The notes under the pieces are model-generated. The model was given only the letters and a program-made list of their open reading frames with translations. It was not told where the DNA came from and made no database searches. Source: Vibrio vulnificus CMCP6 (lineage in GTDB: Bacteria; Pseudomonadota; Gammaproteobacteria; Enterobacterales; Vibrionaceae). Taken from it: a stretch of 32,000 nt of DNA. The position numbers and the translations under genes are program-made. This document shows, in pieces, positions 10,154 to 21,397 of this stretch. Each line of letters begins with the position of its first letter. Within the stretch, counting starts at the first letter, position 1. The stretch covers positions 1,470,001 through 1,502,000 of the forward strand of contig NC_004459.3 in the NCBI RefSeq assembly GCF_000039765.1. Direction: 5' to 3'.

Positions 10154-10368
10154 TTTGGAAAGCTGACAAAACAACAATTTATTGTTGTTTGTAAAGTTCT
10201 CAATGTTTGTCTTTAGGACAAACACCAACAAACACATTCAAGTGTTCTTGGGAAGGTCACTTTTAGTGACTATTCGAAATTGAGTCCGGCAAAATCAACG
10301 CTATCTCGCTCATTCAAATAATGAGATAGCAACTTTGGTTGTTTAACAAAGACCCTTTGGGGTTGTAT

Positions 10369-13256
<2,888 letters not shown>

Positions 13257-13341
13257 ACAACACCCAAAGGGTTTTGATGGACTCGATGTAAGAACATTGA
13301 ATGTGTAGAGAATAGAAACAGCTTTCCGAATTTTAAGAATT

Positions 13342-13461
13342 TGCTTGGCGACCATAGCGTTTTGGACCCACCTGATTCCATTCCGAACTCAGAAGTGAAA
13401 CGAAATAGCGTCGATGGTAGTGTGGGGTTTCCCCATGTGAGAGTAGAACATCGCCAGGCTT
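13342..13461 (+). rRNA. rrf: 5S ribosomal RNA, copy 1
   Basis: TGCTTGGCGACCATAGCG...CCCATGTGAGAGTAGAACATCGCCAGGCT. It is 120 nt long and collinear with E. coli 5S. Confidence 0.95.
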
Positions 13462-13470
13462 TTAATTTTT

Positions 13471-13495
13471 GAAACCCGCTTTCAGAGCGGGTTTC
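13471..13495 (+). other. Terminator-like perfect hairpin inside the rrn operon (GAAACCCGCT-ttcag-AGCGGGTTTC)
   Basis: A 10-bp perfect stem 10 nt after 5S copy 1. TTTT follows only after a 5-nt gap. More operon genes lie downstream. Confidence 0.5.
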
Positions 13496-13508
13496 TCAAG
13501 TTTTAAAT

Positions 13509-13584
<76 letters not shown>

Positions 13585-13590
13585 TGATTT

Positions 13591-13710
13591 TGCTTAGCGA
13601 CCATAGCGCTTTGGACCCACCTGATTCCATTCCGAACTCAGAAGTGAAACGAAGTAGCGCCGATGGTAGTGTGGGGTTTCCCCATGTGAGAGTAGGACAT
13701 TGCTAGGCTC
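13591..13710 (+). rRNA. rrf: 5S ribosomal RNA, copy 2 (sequence variant)
   Basis: 120 nt, collinear with copy 1 with about 8 substitutions, several of them compensatory in helix I. Confidence 0.93.
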
Positions 13711-13771
13711 TTATTTGTTTTTTGCTTTTAAAAAGTAAAACAAAACTTAGACTCAATAGTCTAACCAGTGC

Positions 13772-13848
13772 GGAGCGGTAGTTCAGTTGGTTAGAATACC
13801 GGCCTGTCACGCCGGGGGTCGCGGGTTCGAGTCCCGTCCGCTCCGCCA
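13772..13848 (+). tRNA. tRNA-Asp (GTC)
   Basis: GGAGCGGTAGTTCAGTTGGTTAGAATACCGGCCTGTCACGCCGG...CCGCTCCGCCA. Confidence 0.95.
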
Positions 13849-13858
13849 CTTATACCAA

Positions 13859-13886
13859 GCCTCAGTTGAAAAACTGGGGCTTTTTT
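13859..13886 (+). terminator. rrn operon rho-independent terminator
   Basis: GCCTCAGTT-gaaa-AACTGGGGC (9 bp including one G:U pair) followed by T6. Confidence 0.8.
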
Positions 13887-14182
13887 ACGTCTGGATGTTT
13901 GGGTTTACTCTAACGTCGAATGAGTTCTGCTTGATGAGTTCCGCTTGAATGCAAGTCTGGCCGTCCCTTGCCGCTCTAAACTGTGTTTTGTTGTCTGCGA
14001 TTACAGGTCTCTCTTACTGAAGGTGATTACTCGCTGATAGCTCCTCTGATTGGCATAGCATGCTTCCATTATGGCTTCATTACCTATGGTACGTTACTCT
14101 TAGAGTCGCTTAGGCATTTATAGGCTGCTACTTTCTTTTGAATCCTCACTTTCTGTCTTTTTAAGTGTTGGGATAACAGTAA

Positions 14183-14914
14183 TTAAACTGCAATACCGAC
14201 TTCTAACTTATCTAGCCAATCTAAAAAACGTGGTACGTCATCACCACGGAAAATACCGCCGTGTTGCGGGCACATCATCTCTATATCCAGTTGGCTTACC
14301 TTGTCAATCCATGCTGATTTGGCTTTTTCCGATGGCATCCAACGTTGATGAAAATAGGCCATTTTCTCGATATGACTACCAAAGTCTTCAACGAAAAGTG
14401 GCGCGTCGATACGATCAAGTGCGGCGCCAATATCTCCGGACATTAAGATCTTTGCTTCAGGGTCATAGACGGAAAAATTTCCTGAAGAATGCATATAGTG
14501 GGCCGGAATAAATTGAATATCTAACCCTGCTAATGACACCGTTCCACCTTGATCTTTGATCGGAGCAAAGGTGATAGATTCCATACCAAAATGACGAATA
14601 AAGCCTTCCCAAAGCCAAGGTGAATGGAGCGTTGCTGAGGGGAGGGTTTTATCCCAAAGTCCAAGAGAGGAGATGATGTCGGGATCTTGATGCGATGCAA
14701 ATAGATGGGTAATTTGCTCAAGTGATATTTCTTTCACAACACTGCTGAGCATGGCAGAGAAAAGCTCGATACCACCAGGGTCGAGGAGCATCGCCTGGCC
14801 GTTGTGTACCAGCATATACTGATTAGTATCGATGATTTTGTCAGGCTTATGAGGATCTCTACCAAACATCAACCAACGGTGGGAGCCTTCTTCATAGAGA
14901 ATTTCTGAGCGCAT
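14183..14914 (-). CDS. Stand-alone flavodiiron-type (MBL-fold, ODP-like) di-iron domain protein, 243 aa
   Basis: Motifs SHQDPD (res 74-79), PAHYMHS (137-143), SGD (159-161) and CPQHGG (215-220) are collinear with the HxExDH...H...D...H ligand pattern of the flavodiiron/NorV N-terminal domain. There is no flavodoxin domain. Confidence 0.7.
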   Translation of the reverse strand: MRSEILYEEGSHRWLMFGRDPHKPDKIIDTNQYMLVHNGQAMLLDPGGIELFSAMLSSVVKEISLEQITHLFASHQDPDIISSLGLWDKTLPSATLHSPWLWEGFIRHFGMESITFAPIKDQGGTVSLAGLDIQFIPAHYMHSSGNFSVYDPEAKILMSGDIGAALDRIDAPLFVEDFGSHIEKMAYFHQRWMPSEKAKSAWIDKVSQLDIEMMCPQHGGIFRGDDVPRFLDWLDKLEVGIAV

Positions 14915-14931
14915 AATTTTTAATGTCCTTA

Positions 14932-15543
14932 TTACAAAAAGAGCGAAAAGAGTTTAAGAGAGAGTGAAACATGATGGCGAATTGCATCAGAGAATTCCGT
15001 TACACTATCGGCGATAGCGTTGAGTTGAATTCGGTAACGCTCGTCGACTTTAGATGCTTCAACGCTGAGCATAGTCGATATGATCTGAGCGATGCGCAGT
15101 TGGTCATAGAGCTCCTGAAGGGCTTCCTTTAGGGATTTAGCTTTGAGAGTAAATAAGGTGTTGAGTTGCTGATAATCTTCGTTAGCACGCTGTTTGGCTT
15201 GATTTAAACTGGATAGAAATATTGCTTCTTTGCTGCTTTGTTCCACACGATTCAACTGCTTTAACACAAATTGAGCACGAGTTCGCTCTGTGGCAATTTG
15301 ACTGAGTTGTTGAGCTTGTAGATTGATGGTATTTGAAGAATGAAATGTCAGGAGGACGAGCTCATCAATGGAATCCGTGACGGGTCTAAATCCTGCTGCA
15401 CTTTCTCCCGCTCTTAGAGCAAGCGCTCTGGCATTACTGGCAACCAGTTGTAGTTGTTTCGCAATTTTTAACCCTCGATTTAACTCTGCTGATACTTCAG
15501 TGGCAATAACGAATAGAGGTTTTCGTTCAATGGTGTCTCTCAT
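14932..15543 (-). CDS. Soluble coiled-coil protein with a chemoreceptor (MCP) hairpin-tip-like motif; no TM, HAMP or ligand-binding domain
   Basis: IAKQLQLVASNARALALRAGESAAGFRPVTDSIDEL versus the MCP consensus [36 protein letters not shown], about 40% identity over 40 aa. I prefer the ATG at 15543; the track uses the TTG at 15555. It lies 17 bp upstream of the di-iron gene, which has an AAGGA RBS. Confidence 0.6.
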   Translation of the reverse strand: MRDTIERKPLFVIATEVSAELNRGLKIAKQLQLVASNARALALRAGESAAGFRPVTDSIDELVLLTFHSSNTINLQAQQLSQIATERTRAQFVLKQLNRVEQSSKEAIFLSSLNQAKQRANEDYQQLNTLFTLKAKSLKEALQELYDQLRIAQIISTMLSVEASKVDERYRIQLNAIADSVTEFSDAIRHHVSLSLKLFSLFL

Positions 15544-15672
15544 TAACTCGCTCAATACACAGTTTGTTCTTATATAGGTATAGAGCTGAGTTGCATATTT
15601 GCCAATGCCTAAGGTTCTAAAATTGGCAGCGAGAAAAAGGAATTGAACGGAGATGAGCTAATGATAGATGTG

Positions 15673-15701
15673 AAAAAGCCGCATCAATGATGCGGCTTTT
15701 T
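15673..15701 (-). terminator. Terminator of tRNA array 1 (bidirectional-looking: A5-GCCGCATC-aat-GATGCGGC-T5)
   Basis: A perfect 8-bp GC-rich stem immediately after the last tRNA of the minus-strand array. Confidence 0.7.
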
Positions 15702-15707
15702 CTAAGG

Positions 15708-15783
15708 TGGCTCCTCCTGCTGGGCTCGAACCAGCGACCTGCGGATTAACAGTCCGTCGCTCTACCGACTGAGCTAAGGAGGA
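15708..15783 (-). tRNA. tRNA-Asn (GTT)
   Basis: The reverse complement reads TCCTCCTTAGCTCAGTCGGTAGAGCGACGGACTGTTAATCCGCAGGTCGCTGGTTCGAGCCCAGCAGGAGGAGCCA. Confidence 0.93.
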
Positions 15784-15823
15784 ACTATTCTGTGTTTCTT
15801 GCAATGCAAGATAACGTTATAAA

Positions 15824-15899
<76 letters not shown>

Positions 15900-15934
15900 G
15901 CCTAAACAACAAGCTTTCGCTTATCCTTTGAAAG

Positions 15935-16010
15935 TGGCTCCTCCTGCTGGGCTCGAACCAGCGACCTGCGGATTAACAGTCCGTCGCTCTACCGACTGAG
16001 CTAAGGAGGA
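15935..16010 (-). tRNA. tRNA-Asn (GTT)
   Basis: Identical to the copy at 15708-15783. Confidence 0.93.
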
Positions 16011-16049
16011 ACTATTCGGTTATTGTGTGTTAGCACAACTTAAAATAAG

Positions 16050-16125
16050 TGGTGCCTCGAGGCGGAATCGAACCACCGACACGAGGATTTTCAATCCTCT
16101 GCTCTACCGACTGAGCTATCGAGGC
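16050..16125 (-). tRNA. tRNA-Phe (GAA), acceptor-stem variant (GCCTCGA...TCGAGGC)
   Basis: The reverse complement reads GCCTCGATAGCTCAGTCGGTAGAGCAGAGGATTGAAAATCCTCGTGTCGGTGGTTCGATTCCGCCTCGAGGCACCA. Confidence 0.92.
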
Positions 16126-16132
16126 AAAAGAA

Positions 16133-16208
<76 letters not shown>

Positions 16209-16266
16209 GCACTATATTCTTTTTAAATTGTCGTTCGTACGTTAAGCACCAACGACTTTAAATTCG

Positions 16267-16342
16267 TGGTGCCCGGAGGCGGAATCGAACCACCGACACG
16301 AGGATTTTCAATCCTCTGCTCTACCGACTGAGCTATCCGGGC
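16267..16342 (-). tRNA. tRNA-Phe (GAA), canonical acceptor stem (GCCCGGA...TCCGGGC)
   Basis: Same body as 16050-16125 apart from base pairs 4:69 and 5:68. Confidence 0.93.
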
Positions 16343-16352
16343 GACGAGGTGT

Positions 16353-16381
16353 ATTAAACGGTTTTTCGCTTTCTAGGTCAA
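16353..16381 (-). promoter_or_regulatory. Promoter of tRNA array 1 (minus strand: TTGACC-17 nt-TTTAAT, GC-rich discriminator)
   Basis: The hexamers are read on the minus strand about 10 nt upstream of the first tRNA-Phe. An A/T-rich UP-like tract lies at 16382-16405. Confidence 0.55.
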
Positions 16382-16528
16382 TATAAAAATGCAAAAAAAA
16401 TATCGTTTGCTGCTTTTGTGCCCGCTATGGGGTGTTTTTATTCGTTTTAAACGATGGAAGTACAGTATATAAACATCTAAGCGACATTTATTTATCAGAT
16501 TTAATGGGATGGACAGCGATTCCAGCAA

Positions 16529-16555
16529 TAAAAAAGCACGCGATAAGACGTGCTT
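16529..16555 (-). terminator. Terminator of the MCP gene (minus strand: AAGCACG-tcttatcg-CGTGCTT-TTTTATT)
   Basis: A 7-bp stem plus T-run about 20 nt after the MCP stop codon. Confidence 0.6.
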
Positions 16556-16575
16556 AGTTAGAAAACAGGTTTAGT

Positions 16576-18213
16576 TTAATGCTTTACGGAAAAATTATTG
16601 ACCCAGTTTTCGAGTTGGTTCGCTAAGGTCGCCAAGCTGCGCGTGCTGTTGTGACTCTCTGTGACGACGCTGGTAAGCTGATTGCCGCTGTCTTCAATCA
16701 TGTTGATACGCTGTGCAATATCATCACTCACTTGTGTTTGTTCTGCGGCGGCGGTCGCAATTTGTTGGCTCATGGTACTGATGGATTCCAAGGCTTGAAC
16801 GATCTGTTGCAACGCTTCTGAAGCTGTTTGCGATTCAACAACGGTGCTTTGGCTGGTCTCCGCACAGATTTCCATGGTTTGGATGGCATTGCGAGAACCT
16901 TGTTGCAAGTTATTGATCATCAACTGGATCTCTTTAGTGCTGGATTGGGTTCTTCCTGCAAGGTTACGTACTTCGTCCGCGACGACGGCAAAACCTCTTC
17001 CTTGCTCGCCAGCTCGAGCAGCCTCAATCGCAGCGTTGAGGGCCAACAAGTTGGTTTGCTCCGCAATATCGCCGATCACATCGAGCACTTTTACAATGTT
17101 GTTCACGTCTTTATCGAGATCTGCCACCGCTTGGCTGGCGGTGCCTAACTGGCTTGCCAATCCTTGGATGTTGCTGACGGTATTGTGAATCAGCACCTGT
17201 GTATGTTTACTCTGTTTATCGGCTTCATCCGTATTGTTGGCCGTATCACTGGCGGAATCGGCGACGTGATTTGCAGAAGAAGCCATTTCTGTCATCGCTG
17301 TTGCTATCATCGCGGTCGACTGTTGCTGCATCGCAGTGAGGTTGGAAATGGTATCGCTACGGCTTTCAACGGACGCCAGTTCGTCACGCAGTGCGTGCAT
17401 TGAACGTTCTAGGTTGCTGATCATCTCGGCTAAGGAGAGGCTCATCTCTTGCACGGCCTGGTAAATACTGCCTTGTGGCGCTTTATTGTCGAAACTGGTT
17501 TGGATGCGACCTTTTGCAACGTCTTGTACTGCGTTGCGCACATCATTTGGCTCGCCACCCAACAGATTCAGCATTTTATTGATGGAAACAATCAAGCCAC
17601 CCAAAATCGTGCCTGCAATCACAAGACAAAGGACCAACTGCCATTGGGCGGTAGACCAAAAGCGAGCATTCACTTCATTGAAGCCGATACCCGTACCGAC
17701 AACCCAACCCCAGTGTGGGGTTCTTTCTGCGATTGAGAGTTTTTCCTCAATCGAGCCATCGGCCAGTTTTTGCGTCCAAGTATATTCCACCAGTTGGCCT
17801 GTTTTTCGGCCAAGCACATCTAGGATTAACTGGCCAACGCTGTTGCCATTACCATCTCGAAAATCATGAAAACTGGTGCCATGAAGTTGTGGATCTAATG
17901 GAGTGGCAATAAAGATCATTTTTTCATCGGCAACGTAAACATACTCATTGTCTTTGTAGATGTTATTACGCAGTAGTCGAGTGGCTAATGCTTTCGCTTC
18001 TGGCTCAGACATTTTTCCTTCTACGGCCATTTTCTCGACTTCGGTCAGGATGCTATAAGCGCTGCGAAAGAGTTCGGTTACTCGTGCTTTGTTATCTAGA
18101 TTACTGGCCACCCTTAGTGTCCAAAGGCCAGTAGCGGTTAACGCGAGTAGGGCAATTAAGATAATTCCCGATAATAAATAAGCTTGTGTCTTAAGTTTCA
18201 TAAAAATGCTCAT
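16576..18213 (-). CDS. Methyl-accepting chemotaxis protein with a periplasmic single-Cache-type sensor
   Basis: An N-terminal TM helix; a Cache-like segment ([15 protein letters not shown]...[14 protein letters not shown]); a second TM helix; HAMP; and the canonical tip [34 protein letters not shown]. Confidence 0.9.
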   Translation of the reverse strand: MSIFMKLKTQAYLLSGIILIALLALTATGLWTLRVASNLDNKARVTELFRSAYSILTEVEKMAVEGKMSEPEAKALATRLLRNNIYKDNEYVYVADEKMIFIATPLDPQLHGTSFHDFRDGNGNSVGQLILDVLGRKTGQLVEYTWTQKLADGSIEEKLSIAERTPHWGWVVGTGIGFNEVNARFWSTAQWQLVLCLVIAGTILGGLIVSINKMLNLLGGEPNDVRNAVQDVAKGRIQTSFDNKAPQGSIYQAVQEMSLSLAEMISNLERSMHALRDELASVESRSDTISNLTAMQQQSTAMIATAMTEMASSANHVADSASDTANNTDEADKQSKHTQVLIHNTVSNIQGLASQLGTASQAVADLDKDVNNIVKVLDVIGDIAEQTNLLALNAAIEAARAGEQGRGFAVVADEVRNLAGRTQSSTKEIQLMINNLQQGSRNAIQTMEICAETSQSTVVESQTASEALQQIVQALESISTMSQQIATAAAEQTQVSDDIAQRINMIEDSGNQLTSVVTESHNSTRSLATLANQLENWVNNFSVKH

Positions 18214-18400
18214 ATTGTAGTCACAATGAACACGGCAAATGCTTGGTTTGTCCGTTTAATTGAAATGAAATATTAATGTAGCACGAGTGAAACAAGTAGC
18301 TGCTTAGCGTCAAAGCATGATCGTGATTAAATTTATAGCGTGAAAAAAGTATAAATGGAGGAAAAGTAATGAATTGGCAGGGAAATAAAGCGCAGAAATG

Positions 18401-18430
18401 AAAAAAGCCAAGTCTTTCGACTTGGCTTTT
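18401..18430 (-). terminator. Terminator of tRNA array 2 (AGCCAAGTC-tttc-GACTTGGCT; T6 on the minus strand)
   Basis: A perfect 9-bp stem directly after the tRNA-Asn gene. Confidence 0.7.
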
Positions 18431-18435
18431 AAAGG

Positions 18436-18511
18436 TGGCTCCTCCTGCTGGGCTCGAACCAGCGACCTGCGGATTAACAGTCCGTCGCTCTACCGACTGA
18501 GCTAAGGAGGA
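18436..18511 (-). tRNA. tRNA-Asn (GTT)
   Basis: Identical to the array-1 Asn genes. Confidence 0.93.
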
Positions 18512-18525
18512 ACAAATTTTAATAA

Positions 18526-18601
<76 letters not shown>

Positions 18602-18655
18602 ACACTATATTCTTTAATTATCGCTTGTACTATTTGCACCAACGATTTGAATTCG

Positions 18656-18731
18656 TGGTGCCCGGAGGCGGAATCGAACCACCGACACGAGGATTTTCAA
18701 TCCTCTGCTCTACCGACTGAGCTATCCGGGC
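18656..18731 (-). tRNA. tRNA-Phe (GAA), canonical acceptor stem
   Basis: Identical to 16267-16342. Confidence 0.93.
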
Positions 18732-18742
18732 GACGGAGCGCT

Positions 18743-18772
18743 ATTAAACGGATTTTTTATCTGCCTCGTCAA
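18743..18772 (-). promoter_or_regulatory. Promoter of tRNA array 2 (minus strand: TTGACG-18 nt-TTTAAT, discriminator AGCGCTCCGTC)
   Basis: Paralogous to the array-1 promoter, with a shared CCGTTTAATA...CGTCGCC context. Confidence 0.5.
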
Positions 18773-18831
18773 CCGATTTTTGCAAAAAAAGTAAAAAATT
18801 GATCATTTGCTTAGAAAATATTCATTTGTAA

Positions 18832-19971
18832 TCAAAGAGAATGTCCTTGATTAAAGTCTTGCTTGAATTTGGTTACTTTTTCCAAATAACGGCGAGCTTC
18901 CGCATTGGGGTGTTTTTTGGTTAATGCCCAATAAACTTGATTGGGTTGCAATGCGTTGAGATCGCGCATTGCGCGCTTGCGATCGTTGCGATTAAAGGTG
19001 TTGAGTACACCGCCTGTACCACCGTTGTAGGCTGAAATCATCGAATATTCGAGAGATGTTGGATGATTGACCTCTTTCAGATAGCGGTTTTTCAACAGAT
19101 AAAAATAGGCCGTTCCGGTGTCGATATTGTTTTCTGGGTTAAAGAGATATTCCGGACTGGGTTCGCCACTGCGATTTTTAACCAAGTTGAACACATCGCG
19201 GCCTGCGGTTTTCGGTACGACTTGCATTAAGCCATAGGCGTTTGCCCAGCTCACGGCATAAGGGTTGAAACTGCTTTCGGTTTTGATGATGGCGTAAATC
19301 AGATCTTCGGGAATGTCGTACTTTCTTGAGGCGCGGCGTACGATATCGGCGTATTTATAACTGCGTTTGTCTACGTGGTCTGCCACCATGGGAATTTCAA
19401 CGTAGTAGGCTTTCTTAAAATCAACCGTACGTGTCTTGAGTTTATTGGCGATCAGATAATCGGCAAAGCGATTGGCGCGCCAAGTCCACTGGATAGCTTG
19501 TTTGTCTTGATCTAACACTTGATTGTAGAGAAAAGGTTGCCCTTCCAAGCGGATCTCTTTGGAGGAGAAAAGATCGACATTGGCCGGATCATCTGGAGTT
19601 AGCAAGGTAGTGATAATGGCATTTTTCAGGTGCTGTTTGGGTTCTGTGGGTGAAACCGTCTCAATGAGGATGGTGCCATTGCTAAAGTTGACATCGGCTC
19701 GGCTGAGGTAATTATCTATGTATTTCACATAGTTACTTTTGCCTGCCATTTTTATTTCTCGGCTCCCCCAGCGTTTTTCAATATTGCCTGAGAAGCTGTT
19801 GATCAAAGCATCCAGTGCTGCCGTGTCTTTTTCAAATTGTCCTGGCAGCTCTGCGAGATTTTTAGCAAAGCGGTTGGTCGGTTGGTAATTGACGTCATAG
19901 ATGTTTTCGATAAATTCGCGGCTACAACCGGTTAAGAGCAATGCAGCTAAAAAATACCCAAACTTTTTCAT
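18832..19971 (-). CDS. mltC: Membrane-bound lytic murein transglycosylase C (lipoprotein)
   Basis: Lipobox LLLTGCS, a DUF3393-like N-terminal domain, and an SLT catalytic segment (TESSFNPYAVSWANAYGLMQV). Confidence 0.9.
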   Translation of the reverse strand: MKKFGYFLAALLLTGCSREFIENIYDVNYQPTNRFAKNLAELPGQFEKDTAALDALINSFSGNIEKRWGSREIKMAGKSNYVKYIDNYLSRADVNFSNGTILIETVSPTEPKQHLKNAIITTLLTPDDPANVDLFSSKEIRLEGQPFLYNQVLDQDKQAIQWTWRANRFADYLIANKLKTRTVDFKKAYYVEIPMVADHVDKRSYKYADIVRRASRKYDIPEDLIYAIIKTESSFNPYAVSWANAYGLMQVVPKTAGRDVFNLVKNRSGEPSPEYLFNPENNIDTGTAYFYLLKNRYLKEVNHPTSLEYSMISAYNGGTGGVLNTFNRNDRKRAMRDLNALQPNQVYWALTKKHPNAEARRYLEKVTKFKQDFNQGHSL

Positions 19972-19990
19972 CGTTTACCTATTCAAACCT

Positions 19991-20027
19991 AAAAAAATGA
20001 CACCAAAGCGTTGGCTATGATGTCATT
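19991..20027 (-). terminator. Terminator after yggX (minus strand: AATGACATCA-12 nt-TGGTGTCATT-T7)
   Basis: 10-nt arms with one mismatch, followed by a T-run on the minus strand. Confidence 0.6.
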
Positions 20028-20050
20028 GATTAACCATGAAGAAAACCAGA

Positions 20051-20323
20051 TTATTTGCTCGGTGGTGTGTAACCTTCGATATGGACTTCTTTACCTTCAA
20101 AGAGGAAGTTAACCATTTCAGTTTCGAGCAATTTGCGGTGTTCAGGATCCATCATGTTGAGCTTTTTCTCATTGATCAACATGGTTTGCTTATGCTGCCA
20201 CTGACCCCAAGCTTCTTTAGAAATGTTGTCAAAGATGCGCTTTCCAAGCTCTCCTGGGTACAACTGAAAATCTAAACCATCAGCTTCTTTGTTTAGACGA
20301 GCACAAAACACAGTGCGGCTCAT
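20051..20323 (-). CDS. yggX: Fe(2+)-trafficking / oxidative-damage protection protein YggX
   Basis: A 90-aa protein, [31 protein letters not shown]..., located immediately downstream of mutY as in enterobacteria. Confidence 0.92.
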   Translation of the reverse strand: MSRTVFCARLNKEADGLDFQLYPGELGKRIFDNISKEAWGQWQHKQTMLINEKKLNMMDPEHRKLLETEMVNFLFEGKEVHIEGYTPPSK

Positions 20324-20344
20324 AATGACTCCTTAAATAAAGCA

Positions 20345-21397
20345 TTAACGAAGTTCATGGGGCAAGCTCTCCAGCAACTGTTTGACGGGAGCCGCTAACC
20401 CAACTTCTCCGGGATTGGCTAAGTTATACCAAAGACCATTGCTGGCTTCCATCACCATGTCAGGTTGCTTTGATAGGTCCAGCAAAATCGGAGTGATGTC
20501 GAGATGGTAATGGCTAAAAGTATGGCGAAAAGCAATTAAGGTGTTTTGTGTGCGAATGTCACCCTCTTTTATGCCTCGCTTCTCGAGCAGTGCTTCAAGT
20601 TGTGCATGCTCATTTTGCGGAAAGCAAAACAATCCGCCCCAAATGCCACTTTGTGGCCTTTGTTCCAACCACACTTGATTGTTGTAGTGCAACATGGCAA
20701 ACCATGTCTCTTTGACGGGTTTCTCTTTTTTAGGCTTTTTGCCGGGATAGTCCAGTGGGTTACCTTGTTTGTTGGCTTGGCATAGCTCGGCTACCGGGCA
20801 CAATGTGCATTTGGGTTTGCTGCGTGTGCAGACCATTGCCCCCATATCCATCATCGCTTGGTTGTATTTATCGACATCGGTGTTGGGTGTGTGTGCTTCC
20901 GCTAATTGCCACAATTGGTTTTCGACCGTTTTTTGCCCAGGCCAACCTTCAACGGCAAAGGCGCGAGATAAGGTGCGTTTCACATTGCCATCAAGAATGG
21001 CATGTGGCTGTTTGTGAACGGAAGAGAGCACGGCAGCGGCGGTAGAGCGGCCAATCCCCGGCAGAGCATTCATCTGCTCCAGTTCCAATGGAAATTCACC
21101 ATGATATTGCTCAGCCACCATTTTCGCGGCTTTGTGCAGATTGCGTGCGCGAGCGTAGTAGCCTAACCCCGTCCATAGATGAAGCACTTCATCTTGCTCG
21201 GCGTTGGCGAGATCAACTACGGTCGGAAAGCGCTGTAAAAAACGTTGGTAATAGGGAATTACGGTCGCAACTTGCGTTTGTTGCAGCATAATTTCCGATA
21301 ACCAAACGCTGTAGGCGCTCTTATTGTGTTGCCAAGGAAGGTTTTTTCTTCCGTAGGCGTCATACCATTTCAAAATGGCGCTGGCAAAAGGTGTCAC
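20345..21397 (-). CDS. mutY: A/G-specific adenine DNA glycosylase
   Basis: HhH-GPD motif, a 4Fe-4S Cys cluster ([17 protein letters not shown]) and a NUDIX-like C-terminal domain. Confidence 0.93.
   Translation of the reverse strand: MTPFASAILKWYDAYGRKNLPWQHNKSAYSVWLSEIMLQQTQVATVIPYYQRFLQRFPTVVDLANAEQDEVLHLWTGLGYYARARNLHKAAKMVAEQYHGEFPLELEQMNALPGIGRSTAAAVLSSVHKQPHAILDGNVKRTLSRAFAVEGWPGQKTVENQLWQLAEAHTPNTDVDKYNQAMMDMGAMVCTRSKPKCTLCPVAELCQANKQGNPLDYPGKKPKKEKPVKETWFAMLHYNNQVWLEQRPQSGIWGGLFCFPQNEHAQLEALLEKRGIKEGDIRTQNTLIAFRHTFSHYHLDITPILLDLSKQPDMVMEASNGLWYNLANPGEVGLAAPVKQLLESLPHELR

Noticed and set aside
10160-10330. Several inverted repeats in the 16S-23S spacer: AACAACAAT/ATTGTTGTT, GTTTGTC/GACAAAC and GCTATCTC..GAGATAGC.
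   Set aside because: This is ordinary ITS secondary structure associated with rRNA processing. Nothing suggests an independent element.
13955-13975. GTCCCTTGCCGCTCT resembles the 3' end of tRNA-Asp (GTCCCGTCCGCTCC) about 130 bp downstream of that gene. This could be an att-site remnant of an island.
   Set aside because: It is only a short, gapped match. There is no integrase, second repeat or foreign gene content nearby, so chance similarity is likely.
15556-15672. A possible sigma54 (TTGGCAAATATGCA) or sigma28 promoter upstream of the tip-protein/di-iron operon. A similar GCCGTGTT/TTAAAC pair lies upstream of the MCP at 18214-18260.
   Set aside because: The GG-to-GC spacing is about 3 nt too short for sigma54. 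The sigma28-like -10 matches only 5 of 8 positions and the -35 spacing is wrong. I do not call a promoter from this.
16828-17912. A cluster of six plus-strand ORFs (65-127 aa) antisense to the MCP gene.
   Set aside because: Long antisense frames are typical of Ala/Gln/Ser-rich coiled-coil MCP coding sequence. They have no RBS or recognisable motifs and overlap one another in two frames.
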